A DNA stretch of 64,000 nucleotides from Candidatus Multivoradales bacterium (GTDB lineage: Bacteria > Acidobacteriota > Thermoanaerobaculia > Multivoradales > JAHEKO01): the NCBI GenBank assembly GCA_965223855.1, contig CBDCXM010000009.1:2784001-2848000 (forward strand). Direction: 5' to 3'. Positions 47,316-56,906 of this stretch are shown one piece after another. The stretch's first letter is position 1. Every line of letters starts with the position of its first letter. The notes under the pieces are model-generated. The model saw only the letters and a program-made list of their open reading frames with translations, had not been told where the DNA came from and ran no database searches. A program made the translations under genes and the position numbers.

Positions 47316-49211
47316 GTGGAGCAGATCGCGAAGTCGCGGCCGAGGTCGGAGCACCCCGGATCGGAGCCAGCCCTGTCGGGGCCGCCCGGTTCGCAACGGT
47401 CCGACAGGCGGCTCGCCCTGGCGCTCTTCGCCGTCACCGCTGCCATCTACGGCCTCGGCGCCTGCCCGACGATCTACGTCGGGGACAGCGGTGAGCTGGT
47501 GGCGGCGGCCTACACCCTCGGTGTGCCGCACCCGTCGGGCTATCCCCTCTATGTCCTCCTCGGCAAGTTGTGGACGCTGATCGTCCCGCTGGGCTCGATC
47601 GCCTTCAGGATGAGTCTCTTCAGCGTCTTCACCGGTGCCGCGGCAGTGGCGGTGCTGTTCCGACTGGCCCGGTCGTGGAACGCCGGGCAGGCCGCCTCCG
47701 CAGTCGCCGCCCTGTCGTTCGGGTTGCTGCCCGGCTTCTGGTCGCAGGCCAACGTGCAGCGGGTCTACACCCTCAACGCGTTGATGATGGCGCTGGCGCT
47801 GTGGGCGCTGTCGAAGTGGCTACGCGAGGGCTCGCGGCCGGCGCTGCTCGGGGCGATGTTCGTGGCGGGCCTCGGCGCGGCCAACCACCTGTACATGGGA
47901 CTGGCAGGGGGAGTAATGCTCGCCTACGGGTGGTGGAAACGGCCTGAAAGCCGACTCCGCCCGGGTTTGTGGTCGGCAGCAGCCGGGGCGTTCGTCGCCG
48001 GCCTTGCGCCCTACGTCTGGCAGATGCTGCGTTCTCGCGCCGATCCTCGTCTCGACTGGGGCGACCCGGAGACGCCGGCCGCACTGTGGGCCCACATGAC
48101 GCGCAGCACGCACTGGTCACGGGCGTGGTGGGAGGGGTGGCACGACCTGCCCACGATCGCCGGAGACTATCTGGAGAGCATCGGCGGCGAGTTCCTCTGG
48201 GTGGGCGCGGCCCTCGCCGTGTTCGGGATCGCGGCGGCGTGGCGTCGCGGCTGGCCGGTCGGCCTGCTGCTCGCGGCGGCGGGGGCGAACTTCGCCTCGA
48301 TGGCGGCTCACGGCTCCCACGCCGACCTCTTCATCTGGCACCGCTACTACGTGCCGACCTATCTGTGCGTCGCTCTCTTCCTGGCCGCCGGCCTCGAGTC
48401 CGTTCGCCGGCGCCTGCCCGGCAAGCTGTTCTGGCTGTCGCTTCTGCTGCCGTCGGCGCTCCTCGTCAGCGGCTGGCGGCAGCACGACCGCAGCGACTTC
48501 GGGATCGCGGAGGCGTTCAGCCGCGAGCTGCTCGCCGGATTGCCTCCCGGCTCCCATCTGGCGGCGTCGGACGACAACATCCTGTTCGTTCTCATCTACC
48601 TCGACCTCGTCGAAGGCGTACGGCCCGACGTCAACCTCATCTATCAGGGTGTCGGCGGCAGCGAGCTGCCGCCGCTGCGCTTCGAGCCGGGCTCCGAGGA
48701 GCTCTACTTCACCCACCATCCCAACTGGCAGCTCGATGCGGTCGAGTTGGTGCCCCGCGGACCGGTGTTCCAGGTCGCGCGTGCCGGCAGTGGTGTCGAG
48801 CCGAGTGTCTATGGTCCAGAGTGGTTGCCAGGGGAGCGGGACCCCGGAGTACCGAAGGACTACCTGACGCGAAACCTGCTCGGGCAGTGGCACTACATGA
48901 GGGCGCTCGCCTTCGAGCACAGCGACTGGGAGCGCTCGTTGCAGGAGTTTCAGCGGGCTGTCGAAGTGGCGACGACGAACGACGTCCTCTTCTATAACCT
49001 CGGGCTCGTGATGCGACGCCAGCAACGCCATCGCCTCGCCCTCGAGGCGTTCGCTCGCGCCGACCGGATCAACCCGCGCGGTATCCCGAGCAATCGCAAG
49101 GCTCTGGCGTCGGACCGCGCAAGCGAGACCCGGCCGCTGGCGAACGCGGAGACCGGCGCGTTCTCGCCGGCGGAGCGACTCCTGCTCGCCGCCGTGAGGA
49201 GCGACCTGTGA
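47316..49211 (+). CDS. DUF2723/TMEM260-like GT-C membrane glycosyltransferase with C-terminal TPR
   Basis: GDSGELVAAAYTLGVPHPSGYPLY, multiple TM helices, LDWGDP; RBS GGAGG before GTG 47316. Confidence 0.85.
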   Translation: MEQIAKSRPRSEHPGSEPALSGPPGSQRSDRRLALALFAVTAAIYGLGACPTIYVGDSGELVAAAYTLGVPHPSGYPLYVLLGKLWTLIVPLGSIAFRMSLFSVFTGAAAVAVLFRLARSWNAGQAASAVAALSFGLLPGFWSQANVQRVYTLNALMMALALWALSKWLREGSRPALLGAMFVAGLGAANHLYMGLAGGVMLAYGWWKRPESRLRPGLWSAAAGAFVAGLAPYVWQMLRSRADPRLDWGDPETPAALWAHMTRSTHWSRAWWEGWHDLPTIAGDYLESIGGEFLWVGAALAVFGIAAAWRRGWPVGLLLAAAGANFASMAAHGSHADLFIWHRYYVPTYLCVALFLAAGLESVRRRLPGKLFWLSLLLPSALLVSGWRQHDRSDFGIAEAFSRELLAGLPPGSHLAASDDNILFVLIYLDLVEGVRPDVNLIYQGVGGSELPPLRFEPGSEELYFTHHPNWQLDAVELVPRGPVFQVARAGSGVEPSVYGPEWLPGERDPGVPKDYLTRNLLGQWHYMRALAFEHSDWERSLQEFQRAVEVATTNDVLFYNLGLVMRRQQRHRLALEAFARADRINPRGIPSNRKALASDRASETRPLANAETGAFSPAERLLLAAVRSDL

Positions 49212-51262
49212 GGATGCGACCACGGGTTCCCTTGCTGGTGCTGGCGGCGTCGCTGGCGCTCACGGCCATCGGGTGCGGCGAGGGTGGCCCCAACTCGGGC
49301 GGGGACGGTGGACGGGTCCTCGTGCTCGCCATGGACGGTCTCGATCCGGCGACCCTCGATCTGTTGCTCGCGGAGGGGGAGTTGCCGAACTTCGCGCGCC
49401 TGCGGCGTCACGGAGCGTACGGTCGGCTGCAGAGCCAGCGCCCCCTGTTGAGCCCGATCGTCTGGACCACGGTCGCGACCGGCAAGACGCCCGACGTTCA
49501 CGGGATCTCCCACTTCGTCGCCACCGACCCCGCCACCGGAGAGCGGATCCCGGTCACCCGCGAGATGCGCCGGGTCAAGGCGGTGTGGAATCACGTCTCC
49601 GAGGCGGGGCACCAGGTGTTGGTGGTCGGCTGGTGGGCGACCTGGCCGCCGGAGGAGGTTCGCGGTTCGATCGTGAGCGACCACACCGCCTACCACTTCC
49701 TGTTCGAGGAAGGGCTTGCCGGCAAGCTGCAAGGCGACGAGACCTATCCACCCGCGTTGCTCGACGAGGTGCGACCGCTGCTGACCGCTCCGGACGAGCT
49801 CGATCCCGACTGGCTGGCCCGGTTCGTCGACGGCTCGGCGACGACCGACGGCGACGACGGGACGATGCGATTCGACGAGGATCTCTCTCACTTGCGGTGG
49901 GCGCTGGCGGCGGCGCGCAGCTACAGCCGCATCGGGCTCGAACTGTGGCGCGAAGAGGATCCAAGGCTGGGGATGGTCTACGTCGAAGCGACCGACTCGG
50001 TGGCGCATCTGTTCGGGCATCTGTTCCGGCGTGACGATCTCGTCGGCGAACTGGCGGAGCAGCAGAGCCGGTTTGGAGACACGGTCGAGGAGGTGTACCG
50101 GTACGCGGACGAGATCCTCGGCGAGTACCTCGAGGCGGTCGATTCGGACACCACCCTCGTGGTCCTCTCCGATCACGGCTTCGAACTCGGAGCTCTGCAC
50201 GACGATCCGAGCCGGGCTCGGGACCTGCGTCGGGTCAGCGAGCGCTTCCACCGGGAACACGGGGTGCTCTACCTCTACGGCAACCGGGTCCACACCGGGC
50301 GCCGCCTCGAGGGGGCGAGCATCCTCGATGTCGCCCCGACGCTTCTGGCGCTGGCCGGACTGCCCGCGGGGCGCGACATGCCCGGCCGGGTACTGAGCGA
50401 GGCGCTGCGGTTCGAAGCTCCGGAGCGGATCGCGAGTTGGGAAGGGGACGCGCCGCTCGAGGCGCCGAAGCTGTCGCGTGACCGCGACGTGGAGCAGGCG
50501 ACCCTGGAGCGGCTGCGGAGCCTCGGCTATCTCTCCGGTTCGGACGAGGCGGAGCCGTCGCCGGCCGGCCCGGAGGCGGGACGGTCGGACGCAAGCAGCC
50601 CCGGCTCCGTAGCCGTACCGAGCGACGCCGGATTGCGAAACATGGCGGCGATCCAGTTCGAGGCGGGCAACCTCGAGGAGGCTCTGGAGCTCTACGGCCG
50701 CCTGGTCGCCGCCGACCCTGCCGACGCCGGCCTCAGGACCTCGCTCGCCGGGGTGCTGGGAGCTCTCGGCCGGCTGCCGGAGGCGCGCGCCGAGATCGAT
50801 CGGGCGCTGGAGCTGGATCCCCTCAACGTCGAGGCGTACCACAATCGCGGTGTCGTCGAGGAACGGCTCGGCAACCGGGACCGGGCGATCGCCGACTACC
50901 GCACCGCGTTGCGCTACGCGCCGGACTACGAGCCGTCCGGCCGCGCGCTGTTACGCCTCGGGGCGGAGCGGACCGAGCGGGAGCTGACTGCGGCCGAGCT
51001 CGAGGCGGCGGCACTGTGTGAAGAGGCTGCCGACCTCGCCCGACGCGGTGACTACGACTCGGCCCTCGAGCGCCTCGACCGGGCGGCCGGGATCGCGCCT
51101 CGACTGGCGACCGTCTACCAGTACCGGTCCAACGTCGCCTACCTCGCCGGCGACCTCGAGGGGGCGATCGCGGCGCTCGAGGAAGGGCTGGCCCTCGAGC
51201 CGGACAACGCGCTCTTCGCCCGCAACCTGGCGGGGCTGCGACAGCAGCTCGGCGAGCGCTGA
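49208..51262 (+). CDS. Type I phosphodiesterase/nucleotide pyrophosphatase family lipoprotein with TPRs
   Basis: Lipobox AIGC; LAMDGLD, LSPIVWTTVATGK, LSDHGF, DVAPTLL; C-terminal TPRs. Confidence 0.85.
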   Translation: MRMRPRVPLLVLAASLALTAIGCGEGGPNSGGDGGRVLVLAMDGLDPATLDLLLAEGELPNFARLRRHGAYGRLQSQRPLLSPIVWTTVATGKTPDVHGISHFVATDPATGERIPVTREMRRVKAVWNHVSEAGHQVLVVGWWATWPPEEVRGSIVSDHTAYHFLFEEGLAGKLQGDETYPPALLDEVRPLLTAPDELDPDWLARFVDGSATTDGDDGTMRFDEDLSHLRWALAAARSYSRIGLELWREEDPRLGMVYVEATDSVAHLFGHLFRRDDLVGELAEQQSRFGDTVEEVYRYADEILGEYLEAVDSDTTLVVLSDHGFELGALHDDPSRARDLRRVSERFHREHGVLYLYGNRVHTGRRLEGASILDVAPTLLALAGLPAGRDMPGRVLSEALRFEAPERIASWEGDAPLEAPKLSRDRDVEQATLERLRSLGYLSGSDEAEPSPAGPEAGRSDASSPGSVAVPSDAGLRNMAAIQFEAGNLEEALELYGRLVAADPADAGLRTSLAGVLGALGRLPEARAEIDRALELDPLNVEAYHNRGVVEERLGNRDRAIADYRTALRYAPDYEPSGRALLRLGAERTERELTAAELEAAALCEEAADLARRGDYDSALERLDRAAGIAPRLATVYQYRSNVAYLAGDLEGAIAALEEGLALEPDNALFARNLAGLRQQLGER

Positions 51263-51293
51263 GAGCCAGCCGGTCGCCGGAGAAGTCCTCCGA

Positions 51294-52382
51294 TCAGCGG
51301 GCGCGGTGGATCTTCCAGCTCCCGACGACTTCGTCCCCTCGCACCACGGTGAAGGCGTCGAACTGTGCGACCGTGAGGCACGAGTGGTTCGGCAGGATTC
51401 GCACCCTGGTGCCGACCGGGAGAGCCGTCGAGAGCTTGCCGTGCTCCTGGCTGAGACCGGTCAGGCGCAGCTCGCGATGCAGTCGCGCCCCGGCGTAGTC
51501 GGAATAGATCTCGCCCCACGTGTCGCCGGCTCCGCGCTCGAGGCCCCGGTCTTTCGACAGCGCCAGCGCACCGGCATCGACGACCGCGCCGCCGCGAGCG
51601 TCGGAGACGACGGTCGCCAGCACGCTCGCCGCACAGTCGCGGACCCGGCACGATCCGAGCCGCACCTGCGTGTAGTCGTAGAGGGCGTAGTTGCCCGGGC
51701 GGGCCTCGTCGATCCCCGGAAGCTCGCGTACCGCGGCCATCGCCGGAGTGGAGCCGAGGGAGAGTCTGGGGCGCGCGATGCCGGCCGCTTCGATCCGATC
51801 GGCGGCACGCCGGAGTGCGGCCGCCTCTTCATCGGCGATGCGGGCGATGACCTCGGGGCTCGAGGCGGCATAGGCGTGCCCGGAGTGTGTCACCAGCCCC
51901 CCGAACTCGAGTCGAGCACTGTCGTCGATGCGCCTGACGAGCCGCAGCAGCTCCTGCGCCTCGGGCTCGACCCCGGCGCGGTGGTACCCGCAGTCGATCT
52001 TGACGTGGACGATCGCCCGGGCACCGGTTGCGAGGAGCGCCTCGAGCGCGACCTCGCTGTCGAGCAGCAGCCCGAGACGCACGCGGCTTGCGATCTCGAG
52101 CGCCTCGGCGAGACGGCCCGGGATGAGAGGGAAGGCCCACAGGAGATCGTCGATACCGGCCTCGGCGAACGCCTTCGCTTCCTCCAGGGTGGAGACGGTG
52201 CCACCCGCTCCGGAGCGCTCGACCTGACGGCGCGCGATCTCGACGCACTTGTGGGTCTTGAAGTGCGGCCTCAGCGCCACGCCGAGGCGTTCCGCCCTGG
52301 CCGCCATCGCCTCGAGGTTCCGTTCCAGGACCTCGAGGTCGAGGAGGAGCGCGGGGGTCGCTACCTCCGCGAACATCGGCAT
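51294..52382 (-). CDS. PLP-dependent D-threonine aldolase / DSD1-like enzyme (alanine racemase fold)
   Basis: TPALLLD, LRPHFKTHK, EARPGNY, SQEHG, PNHSC. Confidence 0.9.
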   Translation of the reverse strand: MPMFAEVATPALLLDLEVLERNLEAMAARAERLGVALRPHFKTHKCVEIARRQVERSGAGGTVSTLEEAKAFAEAGIDDLLWAFPLIPGRLAEALEIASRVRLGLLLDSEVALEALLATGARAIVHVKIDCGYHRAGVEPEAQELLRLVRRIDDSARLEFGGLVTHSGHAYAASSPEVIARIADEEAAALRRAADRIEAAGIARPRLSLGSTPAMAAVRELPGIDEARPGNYALYDYTQVRLGSCRVRDCAASVLATVVSDARGGAVVDAGALALSKDRGLERGAGDTWGEIYSDYAGARLHRELRLTGLSQEHGKLSTALPVGTRVRILPNHSCLTVAQFDAFTVVRGDEVVGSWKIHRAR

Positions 52383-52399
52383 ACCGACCGCTCGGCTGC

Positions 52400-53161
52400 T
52401 CAGAGCCGCAACGCCACGCCGAAGAAGGCGGCGTCGAGCTCGAAGTCGATGAAGTCGTCGCCGTCCTCGAACTGGATCTCCATCGTGCGCACGCCTGCGA
52501 AGGCGTAGAGCGCCTCCCAGATCCGCACCTGCACGCCCACCTCGAAATCGCTCTGATCGCCTTCGTCGGAAGCGACGAGGGCGGTGTACTCACCGAAGAC
52601 GTGCACCCGGTCGGTCGGCTCGAGGTCGACGGCGATGCCCGCCGAGCCGAACGCAGCCTCGAAGGTCTCGCTCACGGTGATCGGGATGAGCAGGTCGGGC
52701 GCCGTCAGGCTCGCCGAGCCGTCGAACGCCTTGACCTCGACCAGCGGTCCGGCGCGGAATCTGCCGTCGCCGCTCGAGAGGAACTGCCAGGCAAAGCCGG
52801 CCCGCAGATAGTCGAGGTCGAGCGCGGAGACGATGCGTTCGCTGATCTCGAACGTCTGACCGCCGAAGGTGATCGTCTGGTTGGCCACCAGATCGCCCGA
52901 GAACGAGATCGGCAGCAGGCCGAAGCGCACCTCGGTGCGCTGTGAAGGGAAGAGGCTCAGGCGGATGCCGGTCACCGAGTCGCTGGTGATTCCGAGGTCG
53001 CGCTCCAGGTCGATGTCGGAGCCGATTCCCGCCTCGAGCACCTGAACGAAGCCGGTCGCGTCGGGCTCCCACTGGAAGACCTCCAGCTGAAAGCGGTCGC
53101 GCTCCTGGGCGGCCACCGTCGAAGCACAAAGCAGGAGAGGGAGGATGAGACGGAATTTCAT
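52400..53161 (-). CDS. Outer-membrane beta-barrel protein
   Basis: Signal peptide MKFRLILPLLLCASTVAA, DIDLERDLGI, alternating strands, ends FFGVALRL. Confidence 0.75.
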   Translation of the reverse strand: MKFRLILPLLLCASTVAAQERDRFQLEVFQWEPDATGFVQVLEAGIGSDIDLERDLGITSDSVTGIRLSLFPSQRTEVRFGLLPISFSGDLVANQTITFGGQTFEISERIVSALDLDYLRAGFAWQFLSSGDGRFRAGPLVEVKAFDGSASLTAPDLLIPITVSETFEAAFGSAGIAVDLEPTDRVHVFGEYTALVASDEGDQSDFEVGVQVRIWEALYAFAGVRTMEIQFEDGDDFIDFELDAAFFGVALRL

Positions 53162-53219
53162 GACGGTCGGACTCCTTTCGATTGGCGGATCAGAGCGTTC
53201 TCGATGGTGCCGGTGCGTC

Positions 53220-56200
53220 CTATGGACTGCGCCACACGACCCCTGGCCAGAGGAACCATAGCTCGGCGATGGGTCTGGTTTCGAGCCCGAGTGCCTGCTG
53301 GACGGCGTACAGGTAGGCCTCTTCCTGCGCGTGATAGATGCTGGCCCGAGAAGCGATCTCGTCGCCCTCGACGACATCGGTCTTGAAGTCGACGACCGTC
53401 CAGCTGTCGGCCGAGGCGTCGTGCAGAAGCAGATCGATCGAGCCGACAAGGGCGTGGAGCGACTCCTCGAGGCCGTCGCGATCTTCCCGCCCACCCGCGG
53501 CGGCGGGGGACTCGCTCTCGAGGGCGGGTGGCAGCAGGACGGGCACCTCGCGCCCCACGACGGCCGCCCGGCTCTCGATCCAGCGCGGCCACAGATCGCC
53601 TGCCCGGAAGCGATCGACCAGCTCGTCGAAGCGCCGGGTCGCGTCACCGAGCGTCGTTCCTTCGAGCCCTCGGGCGAGATGCTCCCGCTCCTCTCCTCGG
53701 AGCCGTTCCAGCTCGTCTTCCGGATCCCGATCGAGGCGCCAATGCTCGAAGAGACGATGAACCGCCGTGCCGACGACCAGGGCCACGTCGCGGTCGCCCC
53801 CGCCCGGAACCGAGTCGGCCGGAACCGAGCCGGCCGCCTCCTCGTCGGCTGCCAGCGCTTCGAGCTTCTCGCCGGCCGCAGCCGAGGCGGCACGCGACCG
53901 CGGGCGGGCGGCGCGCCGGCGCGCGCCCTCGCGCTCGTCCTCGAGTGCGGCTGCGGTGCGCGCCATGGCGTCGAGCTCGGGAAGTTCGATGGACCGACCC
54001 CGGGCCGCCGCCGCGGACGGCTCAGCGGAGAGCAATGCAGGGAATCGCCAGCGAACCCCGTCGTGATCGAGCCAACTGCGATCCTCGACGCGACACCTCT
54101 CGGCGAGCTCGGCCACGAGAGTCGGACTCTCCAGGCGCGCATGGAGCAGGTCGAGCAGACTGCCTGCGTCGTCGGCGTCCACCGGCGATGCTTCTGCGGG
54201 CCAACCCCCGAGCGCCACCAGTCGGTGCCGCGCCCGGGTCATGGCGACGTAGAGCAACCGGACACTCTCCGCCGCCTCGGTGGTCGAGGTGCGAGCCTCG
54301 ACGTCGAGCCACCCGAGGGTTGGAGCACCGAGAAGCGCGTACTCGGGCGCATCCGTAGCTCGCCAGCGACGATCGAACTCCGCATCGCCGAGCTCGCGGC
54401 GCTGCTGGCGCGTACGGGCATGGAGCTGGGGGAGGTAGACGTGGTCGAACTCGAGTCCCTTCGCCTTGTGGATCGAAAGCACCTGGACCGTCTCCTCCCC
54501 CGAGTCCTTGGGAGGAGCCTCCTGCGCGTCGGGCGTTTCCTCGAGAGAGCGTCGCAGGGTGCGGACGATCGCTTGCATGTCGTTGCCGCGCTCGGTCATC
54601 GCCGACTCGAGGCGGCGGAAGAACTTGTCGAGATTGGCGAGCCGGTACTTGCCCTGATAGCGGGCTCCCTCGGAGACCTCGAGGAGGGTGAGCCGCCTGA
54701 GGTTGTCGAGGAAGGTGTCGGCGCTCTCCTCTCGGAACTGGCGCCGCAGTTCGGCCAGTGCCGTGACGGCGGAGTCGAGGGCGACCGGCCAGTCGGCAAG
54801 ACCCTCGAGCCCGGGGAGATCCTCGGGAAGCTCGGCGGCAGCCCCGGCGATCGTCTCTCTGAGCCGCTGGAGCGCAGGCGCGTCCGGGCCGTGCAGATCG
54901 GTGAGATCCCCTGGAAAACCGGAGCGCCACAGCGGCAACCAGGCGGCATCCGGCACACCGACGCTCGCCGAGCGCAGCCAGGCGACGAGAGAGAGATGAT
55001 CGAGCGGATCGACCACCGAGCGGACGAGAGCCGCCGCGTCGATCACCTCGCGGCGGCGGAAGTACTGACGATCGCGAGCGACGAGGAACGGGATGTCGAG
55101 AGCGCGGAGCGCGTCGAGATACGGCTCGACCCGCGTCATCGAGCGAAACAGCAGGGCGATCTCGTTCCAGGGGACGCCGGCTTCATGATGAAGGTCGAGG
55201 ATGTCGCGGGCGATCGCGGTCGCCTCGATCTCGAGCGACTCGTCGACCGAGGACGTCGGGTGGAGGTCGTTGCGGCCGTTCGCCCAACTGACCCAGAACT
55301 CGACCGGCGCCCATCGGGGGGCGTCGAGGCGGCTGCCGTCCTGGTCGGGATCGAGTGGGTGAAACGGCGGCTGCACTCCGGTGCGCTCGACCATCGACGG
55401 GGCGACCGCGGCTTCGACCTCCTGCAGGATCGGGGCGTCGGACCGGAAGTTGCGGGTCAGCGGCAGCCGCCGCACGGCGTCGTCACCGGAGTCGGCGAGC
55501 GCAGCGGTGACGAAACCGTCGTAGATGGCGAGGTCGGCGTCCCGCCAGCCGTAGATCGACTGTTTCGGGTCGCCGACGAGGAAGAGGCCGGGGCGAGTCT
55601 CCGCCGGGGCGGCGAGGGCGAGCAGCCGGACGATCTCGCACTGCAGTGGGTCGGTGTCCTGGAACTCGTCCACCAGCAGCTGCCGGATCCGCCGCTGCTC
55701 CCTTCGCAGCAGAGCTTTGTGGGAAGACAGCAGCGCGGCCGCGTGGCGGAGCAGGTCGGCGAAGGTGGCCACACCTCGGGAGGCGGCGAGCCGCTCGCAC
55801 TCGGCCAGCATCGGTCCCAGCGCCCGTCGCGCGAGGTCGAGCCTCGCCGGATCGAGACGGCCGGCATGCGTGAGCAGTCCTCGGAGCTCGCCGATCGCGG
55901 CGGGGAACTCCGGAACCTCGCCGAGTTCGGCCGTTTCCGCCTGGGTCAGCGTGCCGCGACGCCAGGACCTGAGCTTCGAGAAGTGCGGTGCCCAGATCCG
56001 TTCGAGCGCCCGAGCGAGTTCGGTGAGCCCCGCAGCTGTCGCCTCGGCGGCCGCGACCACCGGCAGGCTCTCGTCGAGGGCGGCGGCGATCTCCGGCGCC
56101 TTGCCGCTCCTGACCTGGCGCATCGCGTGCGAGGCCATGTCGTGAACCCGCCGCAAGGCGCCGCCGAGTCGGTCCGTGAACGACTCGATGCGTGGTGGGG

Positions 56201-56906
56201 ACAGCGGGTCGGCTTCGAGCGCTCCCGACTCGACTCCCTCGGAACGCAGAGTCAGGAGCACGGCGGCAAGAGTCTCGGGGCCGACCGCCCGCTCCGAAAG
56301 GAGCGCGAGCGGATTGCCGCGTGGCCGCGCGTAGGCGCCGCGCAGCGCGCGGTCGACGACCTCGTGAACGATTTCTTCCGTCAGACGCAGATCGGCATCG
56401 ACTCGCAGCTCCGGGTGGAGCCCGGCCTCGAGCGGTGCGGCCGCCAGCAGTCCTCGGCAGAAGGCGTGAATCGTCTCGACGGTGAGGTGATCGAGGGCCC
56501 CCAGCAGGTGATGGGCTCGTTCCTGAAGCGCACCGTTCGCCTCCGCGGAGAGGAGTCGCGGGTCGAAACCGACCGGGGGATCGGACGGATCGGCGGCCAG
56601 TCGTGCATAGGCCGAGGCGACTCGGCTCGCCATCTCCGCCGCGCCCGCCTCGGTAAAGGTGATGGCGACGATTCCGTCGAGTACGTCGGCGGCGATCCGT
56701 TCCGGCCTCGCATCGGCATCGGCCTGGTGAGCGGCGTCCCAACCGCGGTCGAGCGACCAGGCGAGGATGCGGGCGACGAGGGTGGTGGTCTTCCCGGTGC
56801 CGGCACCCGCTTCGAGCACCAGCGTCCCGTCGAACTGCGTCTGGGCCGCCTCGCGGCCGGCTGCGTCGGCGCCGGAAGAGAGGCGGGCAGTCGTCGACCT
56901 CGTCAC
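53220..56906 (-). CDS. addA: AddA-like UvrD helicase / PD-(D/E)XK nuclease
   Basis: EAGAGTGKT, TFTEAGAAEM, LVDEFQDTD, VGDPKQSIY, SIHKAKGLEF, YVAMTRA, GSIDLL..VVDFKT; start at GTGA overlap. Confidence 0.88.
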   Translation of the reverse strand: MTRSTTARLSSGADAAGREAAQTQFDGTLVLEAGAGTGKTTTLVARILAWSLDRGWDAAHQADADARPERIAADVLDGIVAITFTEAGAAEMASRVASAYARLAADPSDPPVGFDPRLLSAEANGALQERAHHLLGALDHLTVETIHAFCRGLLAAAPLEAGLHPELRVDADLRLTEEIVHEVVDRALRGAYARPRGNPLALLSERAVGPETLAAVLLTLRSEGVESGALEADPLSPPRIESFTDRLGGALRRVHDMASHAMRQVRSGKAPEIAAALDESLPVVAAAEATAAGLTELARALERIWAPHFSKLRSWRRGTLTQAETAELGEVPEFPAAIGELRGLLTHAGRLDPARLDLARRALGPMLAECERLAASRGVATFADLLRHAAALLSSHKALLRREQRRIRQLLVDEFQDTDPLQCEIVRLLALAAPAETRPGLFLVGDPKQSIYGWRDADLAIYDGFVTAALADSGDDAVRRLPLTRNFRSDAPILQEVEAAVAPSMVERTGVQPPFHPLDPDQDGSRLDAPRWAPVEFWVSWANGRNDLHPTSSVDESLEIEATAIARDILDLHHEAGVPWNEIALLFRSMTRVEPYLDALRALDIPFLVARDRQYFRRREVIDAAALVRSVVDPLDHLSLVAWLRSASVGVPDAAWLPLWRSGFPGDLTDLHGPDAPALQRLRETIAGAAAELPEDLPGLEGLADWPVALDSAVTALAELRRQFREESADTFLDNLRRLTLLEVSEGARYQGKYRLANLDKFFRRLESAMTERGNDMQAIVRTLRRSLEETPDAQEAPPKDSGEETVQVLSIHKAKGLEFDHVYLPQLHARTRQQRRELGDAEFDRRWRATDAPEYALLGAPTLGWLDVEARTSTTEAAESVRLLYVAMTRARHRLVALGGWPAEASPVDADDAGSLLDLLHARLESPTLVAELAERCRVEDRSWLDHDGVRWRFPALLSAEPSAAAARGRSIELPELDAMARTAAALEDEREGARRRAARPRSRAASAAAGEKLEALAADEEAAGSVPADSVPGGGDRDVALVVGTAVHRLFEHWRLDRDPEDELERLRGEEREHLARGLEGTTLGDATRRFDELVDRFRAGDLWPRWIESRAAVVGREVPVLLPPALESESPAAAGGREDRDGLEESLHALVGSIDLLLHDASADSWTVVDFKTDVVEGDEIASRASIYHAQEEAYLYAVQQALGLETRPIAELWFLWPGVVWRSP

